A program made the translations under genes and the position numbers. Below, one piece after another: positions 37,578 to 50,078 of a stretch of 64,000 nt of DNA. The stretch spans positions 12,648,001 to 12,712,000 of the forward strand of contig CM120645.1 in the NCBI GenBank assembly GCA_051362555.1. The letters are read 5' to 3'. The DNA comes from Lingula anatina. Taxonomy: Eukaryota; Animalia; Brachiopoda. Under the pieces are notes generated by a model. That model made no database searches and was not told the origin of the DNA. It saw only the letters and a program-made list of their open reading frames with translations. Every line of letters starts with the position of its first letter. Within the stretch, counting starts at the first letter, position 1.

Positions 37578-40500
37578 TCCTCTGACCTGACTGCAAGAGA
37601 AGTATATCTGTATATATGTACTGTAACAGTAACAAACAATACCACTTTACATTTTAATAGGCTGCATTCCAGACATTAAGCCACACTTATCGATATGCAA
37701 TACACGGGATGGGGTGGGGGCTTAGTGCTTTGTTATTTTCCCCACTTCACAGGTCATATTTAATTCCAACATCACAAACACACCATGCAAGGTACTGTTC
37801 AGTCCAGTTCTGACATGTTCAACATTAAAACGGTTTCATTTCTACACAAGAATGCTAAATAATGCCATCATGAAAATCAATATTGTGATTGTAACAAGTG
37901 TAACTTTCATTTTCTGCCATAAACTCACTAAATCTGCTTACAGTAAAGTCTTGAAAATTTCGTCGCTTAAAAATTAATTAATATTTTTAATTGTGTAAAT
38001 CCGACTAATTTTTCAAAATTACCTCTCCCCGACTCCTGGGTATGACGAAATTTTCAAAAATCCGGCCTTTGGGCTTTTATCCTTAGCGACTGTTATCTTT
38101 GACCTTCCTATTACTATATATTTATTATATTTATATATATTTATTACTACTTCCTAAGTCATTTTCTGGTGGTAAATAATAATCTATTTATTAGTGCATC
38201 TCGATTAAGTTATATTTAACTTACTGTACCCGAAAACATGTTGAGAATTATTTTCTCGGTAAGAAACATACCTCCTGATAGAGGAGAAGGATCAAGATAA
38301 GCCTAATTGCAACCTTGCATCATAACCTGGACGCGACACGTTTAAAATATTACGCACTTGGGAACGTTTGTTGCATGCAGGGCTTTTCCCAGGATTGAGT
38401 GTCAGGCCTTCTAAAATTACCATCTGTAACTTCCTAAAAATTTACAGGGTGTTAAAATAATGATCTCCCGTTGAACTAATATGAAAACTGCATTTTTTTA
38501 TTGCTTACATCGCGAACAATCTCCCGATGAAGATGTGAAAATTGCCTTTTCGTCTAGCAAGGATCGCGAACGATCTCCCGCTGACGATCTTCCGCGAACG
38601 AAGTTCCCTAAATCCCTTGAACTTATATGAAAATTGCATTTCATTCTTGCTTACATCGCGGACGATCTCCCAATGATGATATGAAAATTGCCTTTTCGTC
38701 TCGCTCGGATCGCGAACGATCTCCCTCTGACGATTTTACGCGAACAAAGTCCTGACGATAGTACGCAAACGATTCTCCGCCGAAGATATGCCGTGAGCGG
38801 GGAAGGGGGGGTTAAAGATAAAACTAAATATATGTATTATTTATAATATTCAAAGGGGGAGGCGGGTTTAAAATAATGATCTCCCGCTGACGATCATTCG
38901 CAAACTAAGTTCCTTGAACTAATATGAAAACTGCATTTTATTATTGCCTACATCGCGAACAATCTCCCGATGAAGATATGAAGATTGCCTTTACGTCAAA
39001 GCTAGGATCGCGAACGATCTCCCTCTGATATGATCTTACGCGAACAAAGTCCTGAGGATATTACCCGAACGATTCTCCGCCGAAGATATACCGTGAGCGG
39101 TGGAAGGGGGGCGGATTAAAGATCAAATGAAAATGAATATTTTTTAAAAATCCAAAGTGTGTGTGTGTGTGTGTGTGTGGGGGGGGGGGGTTTAAATAAT
39201 CTCCCGCTGACGATCTTCCGTGAACAAAGTTCCCTAAATCCCTTGAACTAATATGAAAATTGCATTTCATTCTTGCTTACATAGCGAACGATCTCCCGAT
39301 GATGATATGAAAATTGCCTTTTCGTCTCGCTCGGATCGCGACTGACGATCTTACGCGAACAAAGTCTTGACGATATTACGCGATCGATTCTCCGCTGAAG
39401 ATATGCCGTGAGCGGGGGAAGGGGGGGGGTTTAAAGATAAAATGAAAAATAAATATTATTTGTAAAATTCAAAGGGGGAGGGGGGGGGTTAAAATCATGA
39501 TCTCTTGCTGACGATCTTCCACGAACGAAGTTCCCTTGAACAAATATGATAAGTGCATTTTATTCTCGCTTACATCGCGAACGATCTCCCGCTGAAGATA
39601 TGAAGATTGCCTTTTCGTCTCTCTCGAATTGCAAACGATCTCCCGCTGATGATCTTATGCGAACGGAGTCCGTTACAAATATGAAAATTATCTTCTCGTC
39701 TCGTTTGGATCGCGAACGATCTGTTGACGATATTACGCGAACGATTCTCCGCTGAAGATATGAAAATTGCCATCTCGTCCCATTCGCATTGCAAACGATC
39801 TCCATGTGCGAGCCAGGTAATCGTTAAATGGTCCTAAATTGAACATGGACATGAATAGAAGTGACGGGTACATTTCACTTCGAGATAATATCTTGACTTT
39901 TTCATTGTGTCTTCCGGGTACATTTCACTTCGAGATAATATCTTGATTTTTTCATTGTGTCTTCCTCATTTAGGACAGCCGCCGATAACAATAACGGCGT
40001 TACAAATGACAAAGCCGCGGCCTGTGACTTCTATTTGCCGGCTTGATAACGCACCTTAAGCCAGGTAATAGTAATGCAACTAAAGACAAAAGGCCGACGT
40101 TCCCGCAATTGAGAACGGGAATTCACATCTAAACCATCTATATTGAGAGTAACCGCTCGCAGGGGCGCACTATTGTTCCTATCTCCCATTGAGAGTGTTA
40201 TCGGCAATGTTATCCTGATCGTATCATTGTCTTGAATCAACTGACGCATTACCTTCATGTTTGAGCTGGACAACGCGGCCATATTTGGTGACGAACTTTT
40301 CAAAAATTATCGAGTACCTCATTTTTAAGGTCGACGAAGTTTTCAAAGGGAAAAAAATTACGTCGGCGGCAAATCGTCTGTCGACGAAATTTTCAAGAAC
40401 GACGAAATTTTCAAGACTTTACCGTACTAGCATTACTACAGAGTACAGAGTGGAGGAGTAATAACAGATAATTTCCATTTTCACTAAGATTTTTAAAATC

Positions 40501-43500
40501 CTGGTGAATTAATGTGGCCATCTAGAAACACTTTTAGAAATGAAACAGTTTTAACTTTCACCCTGTCTGAACAGGTCTGTACCTAAAAACCCTTTGCCCA
40601 ACATTAAAAATACCAGAAAACTTAAAGTGGCTGAAGATACCAAAATTCAGTCTTCCAGTACTTGGATCCCATACCCCCCCCCCATCTAACAACAAGATCC
40701 AATCAGTCTCGGTCCACTGAAGCCTAGTGTGAACTTACCCAGCTGCCTCCCATTTCTCCTTTTCAAAGCCCCTGTGGATGGACTGAGCAATGGAGGACTC
40801 CATCAGGTCCACGTAGCGCACCACCTGCGGCGCAAACACGTCACGCAGGTGGATGTGAAACTTGCCATTACGCAGGTTAGCTGAAAATGAAATAAAAACT
40901 TGTCATAACAGTTTTACCACTTACTATTTTTATCATTATCATCATAATATCATATAAAATCATGTGAAAAAGCTTTTGATCAAGTTTTGCTAATAAGAGG
41001 ATTTTACTACTACTTATACCAGTTCTGTCTTTCAACCTCTACATGGAACTTCTCTCTTTTGCAAACTGAGTGCACTATATATTAATTTTCTTTTTTCTGC
41101 TGTGGGAGAGGATGGCCATGGGAGAAAAGAAGGTATATACTGTACAATAACAGACAAATAAACACGTGTGAGGCATGGGTTTACCACCTCCCTTAGAGGG
41201 CAATCAGAACAGACGATCTGTGGACTAACTGATCCTCTGACAAAATATGGACGACCCCACTTAAGAGAGGTGCCACTTAATCCTCTGATAGTCTCCCTGC
41301 TTCCACATGCGCCATTAAACCAATTAAATCTCAGCCCCAAGGTTTAATTGGAAGGTCCCTCACCAACAGCATGTGGAGGCCATCAGGGGATTAGTTGGCA
41401 CTGCTTTTAAGTGAGTCAGCCATATTTAGTCCGCGGATCTATTAGTCGGCATATCATCTTGTTCTGAATGCTATCACAACATCATCATTAGCCTCTTACC
41501 ATCAGTCATCAGGTAGTCATTGAGGATCTGGAAAAGCGGGAAGCTATCCCAGGTGTCCGGGGGCTGAGACTGGAGACAGGCGTCCATGTCCACGGCAAAC
41601 AGCGACCAGAAGATCTCTGCGTGCTCCACCAGCAGGTCACTGAACCACGCAAATGCCTGGAAGTCCACAGATTGACCAACATTTACAATCATTTTTTTTT
41701 AAAATTCTTTTCAAGTGCATGCTTTGTGTGCAAGAGACTAGATTGTAGATTTTTGTTTTTCGTTTTAAATATTGAAATGTGAAAGAGAGTCAGTAATTTG
41801 GAAGCATCTCCAGATCTTTGACTGATTTTTCAGTATCATGATCCAATTCCATTTAAGGTGTCCTATCAAGGATTTTCTTTTTTTTTTTTTTTTTTTTGCC
41901 CAATCAAATTTTCTTCAAAAAAGAGGAAGTTTTTCTTTTACACATGAAAACTTGTTCAGACTGTCCCTGCACTTGGTTTTGATGTTTTATACCATTTGTT
42001 ATTAAATAATTTAGAAATAATTGAACAGCCACCAAATCTTAGACCATCAAATCTTTTTGTGCATTTCAGAAAGTAATATCTACCGTAATTTTATGTTTTT
42101 GTAGTGTTCAGATTTGAAATGAGAAAGATAAGCAGCTTTTCAGGGCATAAAATAATTGCAGACAGAGAAACTGTGACTCTGGGAAATTTCATGTGTGTAG
42201 TATACCTCCATCTTCTTGACAAAAAAATTAATGAGAAGCTAATCATCCAGAAAATAATCATTTATTAACTAAATCACTAAATTTAAAATGGAATAAAACA
42301 TGGTCTCCAAGTGCAAGGATTGGTCCAATAATGATACATTAGTAGGAAAAAAGTGCATTCCCTGCCCGAGGAAACTTCATTTTTACAGGTAAATCCCACA
42401 TACTCTAATATGTCACATCAGTCAAAAAATTCCAAGAGAGGCTCCAGTTCTATATTCTCTAAATATTTACTTTCTATAAGCACAGTACTATAAATAGAGA
42501 TTTGGAAATACAAACAATGCATGACATGATCAGTTGCAAAACTGATCTAAGCTTCTACATTTGTTCACTACATATTTAAAGCAAGGTCTTCTTCACTGAA
42601 GGAATTTGCGGAAACATTTGATCAGAAAATCCCACAATTGGCCAAACAACATCAGAAAAATAAAAGAATATCTAGGGAGAGCACTCTAAGCTAAGCAAGG
42701 GAAACATCTGCTAGTTGGGTAAAAGGACAAAAAGTTTACAATTAACTACTGATGAATGTTAAAATATATGGGATAACGTATTCAATAAAAAAATCAATCA
42801 ATAATAGCACCAACTGCTGGCTGTCACATTTGTAGTAAAAACTGTACTAACACTGAAATAAAAATAATCATAACATGTAAAGGTTAAAAAATCTATGAAA
42901 CAAACAGTTTGAAGTTCATAAAACCTAGTACTTTTCTTTATGCCACCAATAAAAATAACATCTCTAATAACAAAAATTAAGTAAGATGATAAATAAATGA
43001 AGAAATAAATAAAAATTAAAACTGAATTAATTTAAAATGCTGGCTAGCTGATTTATTAGTGCAGATATTTATTCATGCTGTCTGCCTGGCAATGTGTGAC
43101 AGTGACCGTGACATTTCCAGATACGGGGGTAAAAAGTAAATATCTAATATAAAAAGTGCTATATGACCAAATTGAATAGCCTAGAGGTCGGTTAACACAT
43201 GTATTATGAACACATGGACATGTATTCCTCCGCCACTGACTGACGGTCATTTCTCTACATATGTGCCTACCTGTAACTTTGAAAACTGAAATGCCAAATG
43301 TAAATGCTTTTAAAACATATCTCATCATGTGGTATGTTCCTTAGGATGCTGCAAGCGATTCCAGTGAATTTCATCTTATTGATTTTTAAACTATTACAAC
43401 ACAATCCATGTACAAAGTTTAATATGCAGTTTGTATTGTGAAGAATTAGCTGACTGTTCAGTGTGTATGCTGAAATGCCAATTTAGAATAAAAAAAATAA

Positions 43501-46500
43501 TTTCAAAACCTCAGGAAAAAATTGAAGTTATAAGCGTGTGATTTGGATAGGAAGGTTCTTTATTTTGCATGTAACCAAAAGTTCTAATTGTCTAAAAATG
43601 TTCTCAAAAGGGCATCACATAAGAAAATTGTTTAAAAAATTGAACACTATATCTGTCAATTTTATTTGATCAAACATACAAAAAGACTTAATTGATGTTT
43701 TCATAGTGCATGCAAAAAAAGTGCCACCTTCAAGTAAACAAGAACTGATTTGGTGTTTTCCAAATTGTGGAAGAGATCACAGTGCCATCTCTAGGGCAAA
43801 AATGTGTCTCCCAAATTCACTGCACTCAAATCCACATTAAAAACTTTATCATTTTGGTGACCTTGGTGCACATTATGATAAGAATGTCCAACCTAGTGGC
43901 TTGTCTCAAGCCTTGCTTGCCGTCCTGCAGCATGCATGCAACAAAAAGAGTCCTGGATGACCATTAGTGGAAATTTAAACCAATGAAAGTTTACCACCTA
44001 TCACTCAAATCATGATCAACATAAATCTTCTCAAGCAAATGACATCTAGTATGAACTGGAAATGCTAAACAAGCAGTAATTTAATTTGGGCATTCTCTTA
44101 CAAAAATCTTTCATTCATTTTGAAATATGTGTCACTTACAAACACAAATCTCTTGTCGGGGGAATAGTAAACACTATCTTGAAAGGTGGCTAAAAAGGGT
44201 AGTAAAATACAGATGACTTGTGTTTTCTTCTGTTAATTTTGTTAATCTTGTTTATTTGTGAGATTTGGTTGGTGAAATGGCCAGCATTGTCACCTAGGGC
44301 AAGATTTTATAAGTCATTTTTCAACTGATTGTCTTAAAATGTTTCTAATTTTTAGATTCTAAGTGCCTAAGCAGCTACCCATTGAAGCAATTAGCAGAGT
44401 TCATTATTTTCATTATTCCATGATTCATTTATTATTTTTTTCTTGTTTTCTTTCATTTTGGAATAGCAGGCAAGCTTACAAAAGTTACAAAAAGAAGTGA
44501 AAAAGCCAGTTTATAGTCAAATGATTTGGAAAGTAAAAGCTCTCCTCAAAAATCAAGGATCATTCTTTAGAACGCAAGGCAAAATACAAGCAACAAAGTA
44601 GCAGAATTAATATGCAAATCTTCAAAAAAAGATAAGAAGCAATAAAACTTCTGTCTGTATAATTTGCACTGTCATAACTATCGTTTTATAAACATACTGT
44701 AATTTCACTTTCTTCATAGGACCAGGCTAATATATAAAATGCTATCCAGCAGTATTAAATCAGATTACTTTTAAAATGTGATCAATAAACCTAAAACAGA
44801 TGCCAGCAAGCTTATCAGAGAGATAACTGTAAAGAACAGCAGAGTTGCAATGACTTGACGACAGAATTGGAAAGTGACACATCTTGCCAATGAACCATTA
44901 CTGCCATCTATGAATGTGTTTATGTGATGGTGGCTCTATATGCACCAACAGGATAACACAAATAGGTAATGAATTTTTCTAATACATCATGCCCCTGCCC
45001 CCTGCCTAAATGGGGAGGGGGGAGGGGGGGGTTAGACGCTTTCTCTACATAACAGCAGAGCTACATCTCAATTCCACCCGCCCTTGTCTCTCCTTCAGTC
45101 TTCAAGTCATTGCCCTCCTAGAATGGCACTGAATGAATCAATAAGTGAACTAAAACAATTCATCTAACACAGCACCACACTCATCAGGGGTCTGGGTATA
45201 CACTCACCGCTCGAAACTCCTACCAAGCACAAGGGAAACAGGGATATAGATGTATTTATTCTTTTATAAATATACATTTTGTGTTAGTACAGTCAATCTA
45301 CAGGGAAAAGTTAAAATGCAGTGACTTTTTCTCTATGATTTATGCCTGAATTCATAACCTGAAATGAAGTTAATGAGAATACCTAAACGTTATATATCAG
45401 ACACAATCCCCCAGTATTTTCCATTGCTTTATAAGACTCTTAACAAAAAACAACTGATGGAAAATATTGAGTTTATTAGGATTAGTTTGATATATTAGGA
45501 GGAAAAGAAGGGACACATGCTGCTTTTTTTTCTGTAAAATCTTGGAGTAAATATTTCTTGAATGTTTTCATAAACTTAGTAAAAATAAATAAATAAATAA
45601 AGACAAGGCTTCAGTTTAATGAGGGGGCCAAATATCTTTGTAATTTTGATTTTAGAAAAATCATGTGTCCTTCTGGCTCCTATCAAGATGGAGCAGTCAC
45701 ATTCTACAATGTCCGGCTCCACAGTGTGCACATGGCATACAAGAACATAAATCTTTAGCATGATGGCAACACTTTCCCCAAGATGAAAAAAGAAAGAAAA
45801 AAATTGTAAACAACATTCATTATTATCAATGCAATAAGTAACATATCCATTTACAAAGCAGTCAACAATCTTGATTAACTTATTACACAGGTTTCCCAAA
45901 ATTTTCACAATCTAAATATAAAAGGAACACTTTTGGTATCGTAAACAATATAAGTGTAAAAAAAATGAAACCTCAAATACCAAACTTCAAAAATGTATTC
46001 ATATAAAAAAATAATCTAAAATCAAGATCATTTCAAGTCGATTATCACTAGTTAATGAAAAGCACCCATCACAGGGAAGAGAGTTGCCAACACACCAATA
46101 CAGAGCATTGAATTCCACCACAACTTCAGCCATGCTAGCAGCTGGACAGTATGGGGGGGATGATGGGACAGAGAAGCTTCTGCCTGGACATATGGCTTCT
46201 GTGCAGTCTAGTGGTACTATAACAATATGGTGCTCTGGTCTCTCTCACTCTCTCTCTATATATATGCATACATACAGAACAGTGTTGTACAGTGTTTTAA
46301 CTTGATGGGTTATTTCTCTAGACATGCCTACATAAAGTACATCTCAGACAACTATTCTCATACTACATATTACTTCATAAAAATCCTTTAATATCACAAT
46401 AATAAGAGCATAAGAAATGACTAGTTATCTATCTGACCATTATGGTAATTGTTATGAACAATTTTCATCAATAAATATTGATTTATCGCAAAAAACAGGG

Positions 46501-49500
46501 GAAGATGTATTTCAATAATATCAATATGTCTGCCAAATTCAAAATGGTGGCAAAATGTGCACCCCATGAACCTTACCTCTGCATGGTGTTCTTCATTCTG
46601 CTGGAGAACTTCTATACAGAGCTCTGCCAGGTGAATCACATCATCCAGTTTTCTCTCTGGTGGGACATCATCATTGTAAGACTCTAGAAAATTTATACAA
46701 AAAGTGAGATATGGGCATGCATTAATAAAGTATAGAGAGGTTCTATAGCACTCTGGTTGAACTGAAGCTAACACCAGCAATGTAATTTTGTATTATTCCA
46801 GGAAGAATCAATAACATATAAAAACATGAAAATCATCCCCATCATCTTTTAATTACAAAATTAAAATTAAAAAAAAATTCAGGGAAGTCATTTAAATGGG
46901 ATAGAGCCTAATGTTGGTTCCAATTCCTCTTCTAAAAAACTAAAATCTTCAAATGACATGTAACCCTTTATACCGAGAGATAAAACTTAGGCCATGTTCT
47001 TTCAATGCATTATTTTTCAAATTTAAGGCTCTCTTGAAAATTAAAGTCCACAGTAAATATGAATATTCTGCCTTGCATGTCTGGCTTGAATATTTTTTCT
47101 TTTAACTTATGTACTTAATCAAATTCAGCCCATGCAGCTGATATAGTGTTTCAAAATACTATAAAAGTACAAAACTGTCTCATCTTTAAAATAACCAAAA
47201 AAACAAAAAATACTCAGAACTGATTTCACCTGAGGCCACAAAACTCAGACAAAAATGTGATTACACAAGAAAGAAAAATATCCACAATTCTATACATAAA
47301 TGTGTGTTGAAACTGAGAAGGTTCGTCTATTGTGCTAAAACATTTTTTCAACAGGATTTAGGTTCAGTCAAAGATTAATTTGTCATAATTACTGACAAAG
47401 AGACAAACAACATTATCATCACAACAGAAAAATAACAAGGTGTGCTACTGTTGAGGAGAAAACTCCAACAATCAAAAAGATTTAAATATAGCAAAGTAAA
47501 CTAAAAGGAGATTAGTGATCAATAACTATTCTAATCAGACAGAAAGGGACAAAAAACTATCAACTAATATATATGCACTGTAAGCAAACTGCAGGGAAGA
47601 AACAACACTGAAAAGAAAAAAAAGAAAACATTGAAAAACTATTGGACAAACATCACTCTAACTCTGTTTAAATGAACACAATGTCTACTGTTATTTCAAA
47701 GCTCCATTCACCTTTCGACTTCCCATTGTGTGTGGCTGAAAGCATGCCAAAACAAGAGGCAAATGTTAGTCCATAGCTGTGATTAGACCAAGTGCCCGGT
47801 TTCAAATAAAGTTCTCAGTTTCTGTGCTTAGCTTCAATCTAATATCTTTAGTTTGTTTTTGTGTGTCTTTGATAAGAAGGGGCAATGTACTGGAATGTGG
47901 CAGGGAGGTTTTGGCTACACATAATCACATTTTTTGATATCTGTTATTTTAACTTTTACTCCTTGTGCTACCCTGTATTCCAACAGCACACAAACAAAAT
48001 GTTAGTATCAAGCTCATGCCACTTTCACTTTCATTTTTGCCACCCCAACTTACATGTGCCCATACTGACAGATACTCCTACAAAGAGACGAAGCAGGAAC
48101 AAGTTTAAAGTGTAAGGAAATTTTAAAAACCTGTATTTGCATCTATGAGTGTTCTTGTGTGCGTGTGTTATGCATGTGCACCCTTGGCATATAATAATTG
48201 AATCACAATAATTGAATTACAGTGTTATTTGGTTTTCAATTTTGTTTTCATGTTCTGATATCAATGTGGAAAGACAACAAGGCCAGGAAGTCATCCAATA
48301 TAGATGTCAAAGGCACAATGATATGAACAAGTTTGAAGATGTCATAGACACGACACCACACTTTTTCTGAAATGTTTAGTTTCAAACATGTATTAAGTTC
48401 AAGGATTTTCAAAGTAAAAAGAACAGAAAAAGACAAATACTTGTCATCTTTGAAAGCAGCTTTTTTTAAAATTCAAAACAGCACCTAATAAGAAATGTTT
48501 TATTTAAACCCCTACTGCATCATTGATGGAGAGGGTGGGCAGTGCAGCTTTATCCACCTAATATGTGCATCTACACATTTAGATATGTAATACCTTTGTT
48601 TTCTGATGTATGACAAACTAATTATCTGCTAAGTTGAAGTACTGAAAGATAGGCAGAACTAATCTATTGACTGAAAATGTGTTATCATCTGAAAAAGACT
48701 CACTTTTGGTTTAAGCATACATATCTATAGCATTATAAATGCATTGAGGACAGTAAAGCATACTTTGAGGAGATTATACTTTAGCCCCACTGCAGAATAC
48801 CATGGTATATGGGCCCTCAAAAATTCCTGACAACTACATCTTCCTCATTCATCTTGCTATTGGCACATTTCTGTCACATTTTGATATGTGAGGAGAAATA
48901 CATGGGTTACCTTGATAAATACACATAAACATCCATAACAATATATTAAAAATCAGTTCATTCAACTGCCCGGGTTTTGCCCTCTCACCTTCTATCCTGG
49001 CATACTCGGATATTCTGGTGTAGTTGACAAGAGCAGCTTTTTCAAGACATTTCTTGATCACATATCGTACTTCTTCTGTGGGAACAGGGGTTACAATGTC
49101 CTTCATCAATACCTACAACACAAACATTTATCATTACAGCCCTCATTTAATTAGACTGAAACAATGTTCATTATGAAGGGGTATTCAAAGTTATGAACTA
49201 ACACACATTTTTTCAGTCTGTGGCTTTCACTTTTCAGCCCACTGGTTACTTGGACTAATAGTAGGCTATAGGAAATTATTTGTCCAAATCAAAATGATGA
49301 TGATAATGATAAAATCTATGAAAAAAAGGGGGATTTTATTCTAAAACAAACATAAATCACTTCTAGTCTTTTCAGACAATGACTTCAATAAACCTTATCA
49401 TTTTTCAAGTGTCATGCCAATCATCAACTCTTCGCATAATGGCTGAAGTTGCAGACAGCACTTTTTAAACAAAACTTTACCTTACCTTTACCTTAGAACA

Positions 49501-50033
49501 CATGAATATTTACACCATTACTGAAGCTATGATAAGAATTTTGTGACATATCAACAAGCATATGCCAATTTCCAACACAAATGAGTACTAGAAAATAGAT
49601 AATATGGATCTGACTAGTGCTTGAAGATTATGCAGCATGTCTATAACAATAGGACTCTGGGCTTACTCTTTCTAGCAATGACAGTGTGGCCTTGAGAGCT
49701 CCCTCAGGGCGACCAAATGGGAAGACGTAGCGAAAATGAGTGATTTGGTTTTCCAGTAGAATCCTCAGCCTTTCCTTGATTTCGTCAAACTTTTCTTTCT
49801 CTATTAAAAGGACTGTACTGCTACCATCAGGCCTGGAATGACACATTTTATAATAAGTATATATTACGAAATGTCAGGTCATCAAAGTTTCAGGTTGAAG
49901 CAAATGTTAATTATAACTTCAATAATTTAGACAGTAGGCTACATCGTATAATATCAACAATGTCAATTTCTGTCAAAAAGGCTTAATCTGAATATTGACA
50001 AATAAAGGCTTTAAAATTATGAGAGAGAGAGAA

Positions 50034-50078
<45 letters not shown>

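Noticed and set aside
40031-40303. 90-aa ORF inside the Tc1-like element as a transposase remnant
   Set aside because: No recognisable DDE or HTH motifs.
43862-43950. Strong-looking acceptor with TGCATG motifs followed by DGKQGL...
   Set aside because: No convincing in-frame donor (AG|GTTGGA is out of frame, AAG|GTCACC is weak); unresolved without RNA data.
45078-45117. Exon candidate [13 protein letters not shown] with a TGC-containing acceptor
   Set aside because: The only nearby GT gives 40 nt (frameshift) with a weak donor. Pairing it with the 32-nt candidate at ~43893-43924 yields TAG.
47224-47265. Possible recursive splice site (CAG|GTGAAA)
   Set aside because: The intron is only 2.3 kb and the motif is expected by chance.
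47930-48006. ACTAAC branch point plus TGC and CAG acceptor between microexons A and B
   Set aside because: The frame hits TAG immediately and no good donor follows; it cannot be supported as an exon.
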